Positions 48,218 to 58,000 of a stretch of DNA of 64,000 bases are shown here, piece after piece. Position 1 is the stretch's first letter; each line of letters begins with the position of its first letter. The translations under genes were made by a program, and so were the position numbers. The notes below the pieces were generated by a model. The model was not told the DNA's origin. It made no database searches and saw only the letters and a program-made list of their open reading frames with translations. Source of the stretch: Bacillota bacterium (GTDB lineage: Bacteria > Bacillota > Limnochordia > Limnochordales > ZCTH02-B6); assembly GCA_017656145.1 (NCBI GenBank), contig JACDOI010000007.1:11047-75046 (forward strand), in the 5' to 3' direction.

Positions 48218-48486
48218 GTGGCCTGCGACTTCGGTACCCTATGTCGACCGCGCCACTGCACAGCGTGAGGAGGCCAACACCCTGGCCCTTGCCGAGCCGG
48301 CCAAAATTTGTTGATTCATCTTATCCTGTTCATCCCCCTTCCACCATTTGCAGGTTGTCTACCGGTTGCGCACCTGCGGGGAGATTTGGCCATACGGTCT
48401 CCCAATGCAAGCGCCACCATCGGCCATCGCGCTAGCGGTGCAAAACCGTCGTCGTTATGGCATAATCACCCCCGGAGGTGTCTGAG

Positions 48487-49533
48487 TTGTCACCAGCCCG
48501 CGATGACGCAGCGTCAGCCGCGCCCACTGAGTCCCAAGTATTTGACCTGATCATCGTTGGAGGCGGCCCGTGTGGACTAGCATGCGCGGTCGCCGCTCGC
48601 CGGCATGGGTTGTCCCATCTGATACTAGAGAAGGGGCCCTTTCTCAACACGTTGGTGCGCTTCCCGGAAACAATGAGCTTTTTCAGCTCGGCGGAACGGC
48701 TGGAAATTGGCGGCATCCCGTTTGCTCTGCCGCACTTGCGGCCGACCCGGGCCGAGGGTATCGCGTACTTTCACAAGGTCGCCCAGCGCGAGCAAGTCAA
48801 TCTCCACACCTATGAGCCCGTCACGGAGGTCACCGGCCGTTTCGGGGATTTCACCGTAACGACACTGGATCGCACGGGCCGCAGGCGGTTCTATCGCAGC
48901 CGCGCAGTCGTGATGGCCACCGGGTACTATGACAACCCCAACTTACTGGGCGTTCCGGGGGAAGAGCTGGACCACGTACTGCACCATTACGATCAACCGT
49001 ACCGGTATTTCCGCCAGCGGGTCGTCGTCATCGGCGCGGGCAACTCGGCAGCCCAGGTGGCCCTGGAGCTGTTCCGACACGGCGCCCACGTAACCCTCGT
49101 CCATCGCGGTCCGTCTATTTCTGACCACGTGAAGCCGTGGATCCGGCCTGATCTGGAAGCCCGCCTGCGAAACAACGAAATCCCGGCATACTTCGACACC
49201 GTGGTGGAACGCATCGAACGGGACCGGGTGCATCTAGTGCAAAAAGGCGACAGGCGATTTACTTTGCCGGCCGACTTTGTGCTGGCGATGACCGGGTACC
49301 GGGCCGACCATTCGCAGCTGGTAAAGCTCGGCGTGAACATCGATCCCGTCTCCGGCGCGCCCGTCTACGATCCGGATACGATGGAAACCAATGTGCCCGG
49401 ACTGTACTTGGCCGGCGTCATCGCCGGGGGCCACGAAGCGAACATCTTGATGATCGAAAACGGTCGGTTTCACGGTCCGAAAATCGCAGCGCATCTGGCC
49501 CGCAGGTTGTCAAGAAGAAGCTCAAAGCCTTGA
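48487..49533 (+). CDS. ypdA: YpdA-family FAD-dependent pyridine-nucleotide disulfide oxidoreductase (bacillithiol-system reductase family)
   Basis: FDLIIVGGGPCGLACA, ILEKGPFLNTLVRFPETMSFFSSAERLEIGG, VVVIGAGNSAAQ. TTG 48487 lies 8 nt after GGAGG; GTG 48478 is the alternative start. Confidence 0.8.
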   Translation: MSPARDDAASAAPTESQVFDLIIVGGGPCGLACAVAARRHGLSHLILEKGPFLNTLVRFPETMSFFSSAERLEIGGIPFALPHLRPTRAEGIAYFHKVAQREQVNLHTYEPVTEVTGRFGDFTVTTLDRTGRRRFYRSRAVVMATGYYDNPNLLGVPGEELDHVLHHYDQPYRYFRQRVVVIGAGNSAAQVALELFRHGAHVTLVHRGPSISDHVKPWIRPDLEARLRNNEIPAYFDTVVERIERDRVHLVQKGDRRFTLPADFVLAMTGYRADHSQLVKLGVNIDPVSGAPVYDPDTMETNVPGLYLAGVIAGGHEANILMIENGRFHGPKIAAHLARRLSRRSSKP

Positions 49534-49535
49534 AC

Positions 49536-49580
49536 GACCGGCCCTTGCAGAAGCTGCTCGGCTGCCGCCGGTCCTTGTTT
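49536..49580 (+). terminator. Possible intrinsic terminator after ypdA
   Basis: GACCGGC (49536-49542) pairs with GCCGGTC (49567-49573), with an inner GCAG/CTGC stem, followed by CTTGTTT. Confidence 0.35.
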
Positions 49581-49696
49581 GAGGGGATGGGCGTACCCGC
49601 GCCCGCCCCTGGCCAGTCTGTGTTCCCAACTACCCGTTGGTAGCCACGCAGCCTTAGAAGCTGCTCAACGCTTGTCCAACGCGCCCGCTTCATTTC

Positions 49697-50650
49697 TCAC
49701 CACGTCAGCGGACACAAGGAGCAGAGGTGCCTGGTGTCCCTGCCATATACCTGAGACTCAGACGATTCTTCCCGAACGGGCACTTGGGTCGGTGCAATGC
49801 TTGGGAAGGATGCCGATCTTGCCAGCGATTCCCGTGGAGCGCTCTGCTCTACCTCTGCCGAGACCTCGGCACGCTGTTGTCCGGCCTGCGACAGGATGCT
49901 TTCCGTTCCTGCCGTCGCTTCAGCAGCGGGTTTCGACCCCAGGCCTTCAGGAGCCTCAAGCGTTATTTGAGAAAGTTCCGGGCGAAAGCTCCTATTGATT
50001 AAGCTTGCTATACCTCCCGTCAGATGCGGAGAAAATAATTCCGAAATAAGAGCCCGAGGTTCTTCCTTCCAATCCCAGTCCGGCGGTGCGAAGCCAACCA
50101 CCAAGGCAAGGGCGACGGCCGTCGCACCGATGAGTCTGAAACCTTTCGTTGTTAAGGACCGAGCCCGACCTGTATGCCGCTCGGTACTCGAACCAATTGA
50201 GACAGTCAAAGTCCGCCGCGGTGCCGGTGTTTCAAATGGCCATCCGCCGCGCAGCCATTGAATCAACGCTCTACGATCGTACAAATAAACGCGTTTTCGG
50301 GCGAGCTCCCTTGCCCGTTTGGTAAAAGAAGAGTTTGTGATGACTCAGGCCTGGTCTGCTTCATAATACGACTGCGCCATGAAAACCTCTCGAACGGCCT
50401 GATTACCAACGGGTGTCCTTGACCGTTTCGCTTGCACAGCTATGCGCAGGCCGCGAACCGAGAGGATGAGGTCGGCTCCCTGATCTCCTCCCCTTTTCAG
50501 ACCAACATGCTCAACGTCAAAACCTTCTTCTTCGAACCGTTGTGCCAACCAAGCTTCGAATTCATGGCCTTCCATTGCGTAGATTTGTGAAAGCAACGAG
50601 TTGGGTGATGCAGCTGCCGTCGTTTTCGAGCGTGTCCGGCGAGGCACCAA
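49697..50650 (-). pseudogene. Mrr-type restriction endonuclease domain + TM + C-terminal domain protein, interrupted by an in-frame TGA
   Basis: ORFs 50345-50650 and 49697-50284 are in the same frame. Reading across TGA 50345-50347 gives ...AVQAKRSRTPVGNQAVREVFMAQSYYEADQA*VITNSSFTKRARELARKRVYLYDRRALIQWL, a contiguous Mrr_cat-like domain. Confidence 0.65.
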
Positions 50651-51011
50651 TATCAGGATTCACGCGATTAACGAACTGATCATGAACAATCAATATTCCA
50701 ATACTCTCTGACCGATAGTTCGCGAATCATCAATACAATAGCGAACCAAAGTGCGCGTAGCCGGACGTACAACACACGCGATCACGCCTCTCAGGCCCGC
50801 GTGTCCTCACGCGCCTAGTAGCTCACCTGGTAGCCCAAGAGTGTCTAGTGCTGCACGGCAAGTGCAGGGACAACCGCTATGAATCATCCCCTGCCCCATA
50901 ACAGCCAGCTCCTGCGAACTTGAGCTGCTCCGCGAGAAGGGGACTACGCTCGAAGCAAACGAATTCCGTGCACTAGGCTCTGGCAGATTACTTTCATCCC
51001 CGGCCGTGGGT

Positions 51012-51444
51012 CTTTCCATCCCCCATAGGTAGGCTCGAAACTGCATGAAATCGTGCTCGAAAGCCGGCCGTTTGTCGAGTTTCCATCCCTCATAGGTAGG
51101 CTCGAAACACTGTCTCTGGTGGTGGGCTCTGGATTACGCTCCCGAGTTTCCATCCCTCATAGGTAGGCTCGAAACCAAACGCAGATGAGAAGCCTGTTTC
51201 TGAGAATCCGACGTTTCCATCCCTCATAGGTAGGCTCGAAACTGCGCTGGATTTGGTGCCGGGTCGGCTCATGGGTGAGGTTTCCATCCCTCATAGGTAG
51301 GCTCGAAACCGGCCGAGGTTGTCGTCGAGGAGTGGGAGGCGCAGCTTGGTTTCCATCCCTCATAGGTAGGCTCGAAACCCGGACACTCGGCGATGATGCG
51401 CTTGATGGGGGCGGGTTTCCATCCCTCATAGGTAGGCTCGAAAC
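51012..51444 (-). CRISPR. CRISPR array 2: 7 repeats, 6 spacers
   Basis: Identical 30-bp repeats start at 51079, 51146, 51213, 51280, 51349 and 51415. The outer copy 51012-51041 has 2 mismatches. Spacers are 37, 37, 37, 37, 39 and 36 bp. Confidence 0.95.
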
Positions 51445-51627
51445 CAACCGAAAGCCTATGATGACGGCCTTTCTCCGATCGGGTGCGATACCCGGAACAT
51501 GCACCCCGGGAAGGGCTTGATGCCCTCTCGTTCCCTATATGATAGCCTTTGTCGCTTCTCGCGATCTGTTGTCGATCCCCCGGGGTTTTTGCCTCACCGG
51601 GGGTCGACGACGCGATTCAGAGCACAG
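51445..51627 (-). promoter_or_regulatory. Array-flanking conserved region, copy 2 (putative leader)
   Basis: Begins CAACCGAAAGCC like copy 1. Hairpin at 51571-51608. The -10-like CATATA (51536-51541) is kept, but the -35 position reads TCGCGA. Confidence 0.45.
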
Positions 51628-51715
51628 ATGGATATGAAGAGAGCCGGCTGCTAGTCATCGATTCATCTTCTCCCGCTCATCCCCCTTCCCCCATTTGCGG
51701 GTCGTCGTTCTTGCG

Positions 51716-51799
51716 CTGGAGAAGGTTCCGCTTCTCAATACACTGGTGCACTTCCCAGGGCGACCTCGTGCTGCCATGACCGGGTATCGAGCCGACCAC
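51716..51799 (+). pseudogene. Internally deleted remnant of a second ypdA copy
   Basis: CTGGAGAAGGTTCCGCTTCTCAATACACTGGTGCACTTCCCAG (LEKVPLLNTLVHFP) parallels ypdA codons for LEKGPFLNTLVRFP. It then jumps directly to AMTGYRADH, which in ypdA lies about 210 codons further on. Confidence 0.55.
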
Positions 51800-53108
51800 C
51801 GGCACATCGCCGAGGGGAGATTGAGATTTTCAGCGTTCGCGGAGCTTTGTACGCTAGGTAGGTTTGCGAAGGGCAATCATCCGAACGCCTCGATCAATTT
51901 CTCGATCGGAAGGGCCATCAGCCGGCGCTGCTCATCCAAGACTCATTCATAGTCCGACACCTGTCCGTTAAGCGGGATCAGGGGAATACAGTTCTCCTCG
52001 AAGTTTCGCCGGAGGTGGAGCAAAATATCCCGCACGGTGATGTGGTGGAAAGCAACCCACCGTCGCCAAGGCGGATTTGGGCTGCTTTGTAAGCGATGCA
52101 ATAAGGACTCATCGAGGAGAGGACTTGTCCATCTGTTGGGGCAACATGCCCGTCCAGAAGCTCTAAGGTAATTCACTCTCAATCACAGCCTCCACGCAAG
52201 TATGGACGAAGCCGCCTAGATACACCTCAAGAGCAAACAGGCCGCTGATATCGTCAATCCAGGCCAGTTTTTTGGCAATGGTGGGTTTGTGCACCTCGAA
52301 GCGCGTGCCCGGGAGCTCAGCGGGCGCGCCAGGGTATTTCCAACCTTTTCCCTGCGCTCCAAGCCCCGCTCCCAGGGACACTCGTGTACCAGGTTAGGGT
52401 TTCGGCAGCAATGTTCGTTCTCCTCATAATCCGCGCCCACTGCGACGCCCTCCGGTCATAGAGGGCATGACAAGCGTTCCCCGGGCTTGATGGCCTCAAC
52501 CAAAGCGCCAATCACTTCCCTGATTCCGCCTTTAACGGGGTGAATTGACCGACCAGTTGGCCTCGATCCACATGCGCCGCGCCGCAACCCTCCCTATTGA
52601 AAAGTTACACCACGATAACCCTTTGCGGACATGCATTCACGCTCAATACCAATCTCCTGGGTGAGACGGTCTGCACATGTTCCTCGCCATTCCAGTGCGT
52701 GACCGTCAATTTGACGGCTCAAGAACGGCGCGCTTGCTCACGGATGGTTCTCTGCCAGCTGTGCTTACTTCATAGGTACGGATACTAGCAGTTGGCATGT
52801 GACAGCCGTGCTATAGATGGCATTCGATTTTGAAGGATGCGTTAACTTTCTATCGAATAATTGGCTGAGCTCCGGCCACTCTGCGGTGGCGTCGACAGAC
52901 CACGAGAGTGGATAGCGTCTAAGAGCGGCAAGGTGCCTCGTACAACAACGGCGCCTTGAGCCCTTCCGACACGTTATGCGCGCTTCGTTCTCAGTACGGT
53001 TCGCTGTCGTCCACCTTTATGCCGGTATGTCGGGCAACGGTCCCTGGCCCACCAGGAAGGGCGCGGTACATTGCCATTGCCATTTCGTGCGACCGGGAGG
53101 CGTGACGG

Positions 53109-54104
53109 TTGCAAGAACGCGTCTACACGCTGACCGCTTTGACGGACATTTGGACAGGCTCGATTTCTTTGAGAGAAGACAAGAAGGGCGGCAGTGGGCA
53201 GGATTCAGTTCAGATTGTCCCTGACCGCCTTGTCACCACGGGTCTGCTCGGCTCTATCCGATGGTGGTTCGAAGTCCTCGTGCGCGGACTGGGTGGCGCG
53301 CCCTGCGGTCTGGATGATGAACCGGATACGAGGAAAGAACCTGATGAACCCGGTCATCACTGCGTTGTTTGCGAGCTGTTCGGCTGCACCGGCTGGGCGC
53401 GCAAGTTCCGCTTCGATGTCCTCGCGGAGGACGGGAAGGCACAACAGAACCAGATTACAAAGGATAATCCCTTCCGCATCCGGTTCACACCTTTACGACC
53501 AGTCCGTGATGAAGAGTGGGCACTCCTCGACCTGACCCTGCGGTTGATCGCCGATTACGGCGCGATCGGGGGCAAGACAAGTCTGAAGCCGAGTGGCGCA
53601 AAGAACCCAAAGCGTTACTTCCGTCCTCGCAACTTCGGTTTCGTACGCATCAAACATCGACCAAGCGTGCCAAGGCTGACTGAATACAGGCTCCGGGCGT
53701 ACGTAACCGACCCCCGATGGAGGTACCCCAAACAAGAAGGCTTCTCCTGGGCTTCGCTTGACCACGTTTGGTGTGTGAAGGCACGCTATCACGCGCGCCA
53801 GGATAGGACGAAAAGTACCTTCAATCGAGTGACCGAGCAGCCCGAGAAAGAATGGCGTTCAAGCCATGGTGACTCTCGTTTGGCCAGACGGGAGACTGGT
53901 TCAGAGGGTGATCGTGAACGTAAGAATGTCTTCAGCTTTAAGGAACCACAAGCACAACGGAGCTTCGGGTTTGTTCGGCATCCGAGGGAATTCGAGGCGA
54001 CACAGCAACTCTTGAGAGAGGTATGGAAAGACCTCAGAACCGATGACTTTCTCACCGGCGACGCCATCATCCGCAAGCTTTTCGATGAGGGTGGAAACGA
54101 ATGA
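53109..54104 (+). CDS. cmr1: Type III RAMP subunit, Cmr1-like (Cas7 group)
   Basis: TTG 53109 lies 8 nt after GGGAGG. GLLGSIRWWFEVLVRG (Cmr1-type GxxRxWFR), HHCVVCELFGCTGWARKFRF, and glycine-rich YGAIGGKTSLKPSG. Confidence 0.75.
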   Translation: MQERVYTLTALTDIWTGSISLREDKKGGSGQDSVQIVPDRLVTTGLLGSIRWWFEVLVRGLGGAPCGLDDEPDTRKEPDEPGHHCVVCELFGCTGWARKFRFDVLAEDGKAQQNQITKDNPFRIRFTPLRPVRDEEWALLDLTLRLIADYGAIGGKTSLKPSGAKNPKRYFRPRNFGFVRIKHRPSVPRLTEYRLRAYVTDPRWRYPKQEGFSWASLDHVWCVKARYHARQDRTKSTFNRVTEQPEKEWRSSHGDSRLARRETGSEGDRERKNVFSFKEPQAQRSFGFVRHPREFEATQQLLREVWKDLRTDDFLTGDAIIRKLFDEGGNE

Positions 54105-55063
54105 CTTACGACTTCTACAGCCATCTAGACAGCCGTGTTGACTCTCTGGCTCAAGAATGGCTACCAGAGGGTTTCATTGGATTTGCTAGTGGGTTCGTAG
54201 ACCTGTGCACTGTGGCGTCGGCCCGCGGAAATAGAGACAAGTCTGTGCAGGGGCGCAACAAGTCCAAAGACGGAGCTCGTGATATATACGTGCTCCGCAC
54301 GCTGCAACATATGCGAAAGCTGCGCGGACACCTGCCTGGATGGTTTACGGATTTGTTCGATGTCGAACCGCTCGCCCTCCATCCCGGCTGGCTGACGATC
54401 GACGTTTCGTTCACGCTCCAGACGCCTTGGTACTCCAAAGACGATCGGCCGTTCCATGTGCTTCACAACCCCGTGCGGAAAGAACGTCTTTTCGGCATTC
54501 CTTTCATGTCCGCAGCGAGCTGGAAGGGGTTGCTCCGCTGGTCGATGCAGATGACCCAGGGGTTGATCGGCCCTGAACCCATTGAAGACCGTCAAACGCG
54601 CGAGGTGGCTGCAGCAACGGTGCATCACCTCTTCGGCAACGAGAAAGGCGAAGACGAGCTTTTCCAAGCCGGTGCGCTTCGCTGCTACCCAACTTGGTTT
54701 TCGGCAATCGACTTCGAAGTCATCAATCCCCACAGTCGAAAGACGCGAGCCGGGACGAACCCCATTTACTACGAAGTTGTTCCGGCGAACACGAACGGTA
54801 GGTTACGTCTTCTGTATGCGCCGTTTCCCCGCCAAGCGGAGCACGACGGCGTCGATCCGATCTTCGCCTTGACGACCCTGTTCCACGCGATCGAAAGGCT
54901 CCTCACCCGCTACGGCTTCTCCGCGAAACGGACGGCCGGATGGGGGCTTGCGGAGGTCAACGGCTGGAAGGTCTCCGGTCACGGTGGCACAGAGTGCGGA
55001 ACGCGGGAACAGGTTACCTCGGCCCTGAAGCAGCTTCTTCGAGGAAGAAGGGACGCGCGGTGA
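54101..55063 (+). CDS. cmr6: Type III RAMP subunit, Cmr6-like (Cas7 group)
   Basis: GIPFMSAASWKGLLRW, HLFGNEKGEDELFQAGALRCYPTWF, and C-terminal YGFSAKRTAGWGLAEV G-rich loop. ATGA overlap with cmr1. Confidence 0.7.
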   Translation: MTYDFYSHLDSRVDSLAQEWLPEGFIGFASGFVDLCTVASARGNRDKSVQGRNKSKDGARDIYVLRTLQHMRKLRGHLPGWFTDLFDVEPLALHPGWLTIDVSFTLQTPWYSKDDRPFHVLHNPVRKERLFGIPFMSAASWKGLLRWSMQMTQGLIGPEPIEDRQTREVAAATVHHLFGNEKGEDELFQAGALRCYPTWFSAIDFEVINPHSRKTRAGTNPIYYEVVPANTNGRLRLLYAPFPRQAEHDGVDPIFALTTLFHAIERLLTRYGFSAKRTAGWGLAEVNGWKVSGHGGTECGTREQVTSALKQLLRGRRDAR

Positions 55064-58000
55064 ATGCGACTGGCAAGGACTTGGCGGAAAAGCTCAAGAG
55101 CTCACGAGCGCTGTTGCTCGCCTGCGAAACCATCGGCTGGCTCCATCAGACCGGGAAAGCCCACCCGGATTTCTTGCTCTCGCAAGGACGCGCTGGCGTC
55201 AAGTACACCCCGGAGGATTGGCATAAACAACTCGTCCCTGGCTGGAGCGATCGCCTCCGGTGGGTCAAAGAACGAACGGGAAAGAATGACATCGAATGGC
55301 CTGCTTCCCTAGAGGATTTTCTCTATAAATACAACAAGGCGGGAAGCGAGGATCTCGTCGGTTGCCTCCAAGCTGGCCACGCCATGGCTTCGGGGATCGA
55401 GAAGAGCAACTTCAGTGACAAGGCTTCAGAGTACCTGAAGCAGGACGCAACGCACATGTGGCTCACCAGCGCCTACGGCCGTCCCATGCGCAACCTCCTG
55501 GCCGATCCTCCCGAAGTACTTCGATCCGGCGGATGGGAAACGTTGCTCCAACGCATCGGCGCGCTCCTCGATCGATTAGAGAAGCTGGGCACCGAACGGC
55601 AGGGCGATGTGTATGAGTGGTGGAAATGGCGAGAAGACGCGATTGGCCAAGGCGGTTGGCTACGGCGCGCCTTTGAAGCCACTGTAGCGGATACACGATT
55701 GCCCAACAACGACGTCACCCTCTGGGATCAATCCTACGTCGCAGGCGCGCTTTTCAAGTCCGCCGTCGCGGGGCTGGTCTTGCTCGGTAAACCGCCGAAC
55801 GGTGCATGGGAAAAGCTCAAAACTAAGACCCGGTGGCGAGTGCTGACCGTCGGCTTCGGCACTGAGCACTATCAAGAACGGGCGGTGCGCATCGTCGACT
55901 GGACCGGTGCTGCGCAACAGATCGAAGCCTTCTTTGAAGACGTGCGGCGCTTGATCGAGGTCGAACTCGCGGTAGGTTCGCTCGTATATCGTGACGACCA
56001 AGTTCTAGCCTTCACCTTCCCGGGGCTGCGCTCCGACGACCAAGACCCTGGCCAAAAGAGCTTAGGGACTCACGCGGCCGAAGAGCTTCTCGAGTGGATC
56101 AAGAATCACGTCGACGAGCTAGCACAGCAGCGCTTGCTAGAAACACCGCCGTGGTGCTCGCTTTCTGAATCGACCCGTTCGTTCATCCCCATGGCGAATC
56201 AGGTCGCCGAAGCACGAAAAAAGCTAACCGTCCCCCTGCACCGCCCGTGGACGATCTCGGAAAAAGACGACAAGGAAGACAACAAAAGGAAACGAGGCGA
56301 CGTCTGCCCGGTCTGCCAGGTGCGCTTCAACGGAGGGGCCGGCGGTAAGGAAACCAGCCCGAAGCAACGACCGTGTCGCGTCTGTGGGGAGCGTCGCGAG
56401 AAGCGCTTAAAGGCTTGGTTGACGGAAGGTAAGGATACGATCTGGATTAGCGAGCTGGCCGACGACAACGACCGCGTCGCGCTGCTCACTTTCCGTTTCG
56501 ACCTCGGTCCCTGGCTCGACGGCTCCCGCACCGACTCATTAAGGACCCAATGCATCGCCGCGTGGCGCCGGCACAATCCGTCCGTGAATAATAATAAAGA
56601 TAATCCCATCGACTTAGACGACCCTACGGAAAGCTTGATGCAACACGTCAGGTCCGTCGTTCACAACCCGCGTAAGGTGACGTCCGTCAAACGGGCTGGA
56701 AATCTCGACGACGCCATCATGGCGTCACTCAATCAGGGGTTCTCCTATGACCAAGACCTCAGTGACTTCTACCACAGGATGGTCGAGGATCGCGCCGACG
56801 CTCCCCCACGTTGGGACGCGGTGAAGCACGATCCCGGACGCGCCGCCCATTGGCTTGTCCACCAAATCTTTCGGAAAAACCCGTCGCCTGGAAGAGTTTA
56901 CCGATTCTGGCGGACGGCAGAGGCTTTCTTCGACGAGCTGCTTCCCGTCTTCCGCGAAGCGGCGGCCGCCCATCAAAACCGCTGGCGGACTCGCCGGCTG
57001 CTCCTTGTTCCGGACAAGGCGAGTCAGGGCGGTTGGCAAGATCACGAGACCTACGCGACCCGGTGGAACGACGCGCCGCTTGAACTGCTTTATTGCGCGG
57101 AAAGCGAGAGCTTCCTTACCATCTGCAACCTGGCGCGCATCCTCCGTCCCGAAGAACAACCCCGGGAAAGGTTGAAAGGACTCCGTTTAGAGCTCGAGAG
57201 CGACAAAGGCGATCGGAGTACCCTAACGATTGGTAAAGTCTCCGTCCCCTCGAATCTGGGCTCCTATTCCCCGCTCATTGTTCTCGACCGCCGCCCTGAG
57301 CGCTTTCGAGTGCTCGTCCCGCTTCAAGCCGCGCCTGCCTGCATCGACGCGGCACTCAAGAAATGGCGCGACGAGTTCGCACCGGTGTGGGATCGCATGC
57401 CGCTTCGCTTCGGCGTGGTGGCCTTTTCCCGAATGACGCCCTTCCAGGCGGTCATCGAAGCGGCCCGGAATCTGGAAGACGCCCTCTCCGGTCCGGCGGA
57501 GGAAACGTGGAGTGTAATGGATTGTCAGGTGCGTAATGGCATCGCCGCGCTTCTCTTGATGCGGCGTGATGGAACCCGTGAGATCGTCACCGTTCCCACG
57601 GTGCTCCCCGATGGACGCGTCGACGAGCACTACCCTTATGTGGCCGTAACGAACCCGAGGCATCTGAGGAAGCGGGATTTCACCGTACCGCCCAGTGATA
57701 AGCGAGCGAAACAGACCTATCGGCACGTCCTCGACCTCACGCCCGGGGACGAGATTCTGGTTGCGCCGAGCCGTTTCGCCACCATGTTCTTGGCGAGTAC
57801 GGCAGACCGTTTCCACCCTGTCGATGTTCGTTATGTCTCCGAATGGGACAGAATGCGTGAGATTTGGCATCTTTTGTGCCGCACGGCGCCAAGCGTGACG
57901 TCGTTGCACACCCTTTGGTCGGCACTGGCTGACGTACGGGCGCGGTGGGAAGACCTGAAGCCACGACCGTCAGACCCACCGCCCTGGGCCTCATTGGTCC

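Noticed and set aside
50345-50347. In-frame TGA of the Mrr-like gene as selenocysteine or programmed read-through
   Set aside because: I can see no SECIS-like hairpin immediately downstream. The position falls in a loop where family members carry ordinary residues. A nonsense mutation is the simpler explanation in an island with several other lesions.
50811-50890. tRNA-like string GCGCCTAGTAGCTCACCTGGTAGCCC..., which could have marked a tRNA-gene integration site next to array 2
   Set aside because: Hand folding fails. The D-stem pairs only 2 of 4 positions. The next hairpin (CTGCAC-GGCAA-GTGCAG) has a 5-nt loop rather than an anticodon loop. There is no GGTTCGAATCC-type T-arm and no matching acceptor 3' strand.
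54940-55059. ATG 54940 as the cas10 start (track ORF of 1065 aa)
   Set aside because: It would overlap cmr6 by 124 nt. GTG 55060 gives the same 4-nt GTGA/ATGA coupling seen at every other junction of the operon.
55987-55998. YRDD (SLVYRDDQVLAFTFPG) in Cas10 as a possible GGDD-equivalent cyclase motif
   Set aside because: It lies before the zinc finger, in the palm-1 region that is non-catalytic in Cas10 proteins. The glycine pair is also absent. The position that aligns with GGDD in palm 2 reads RPER.
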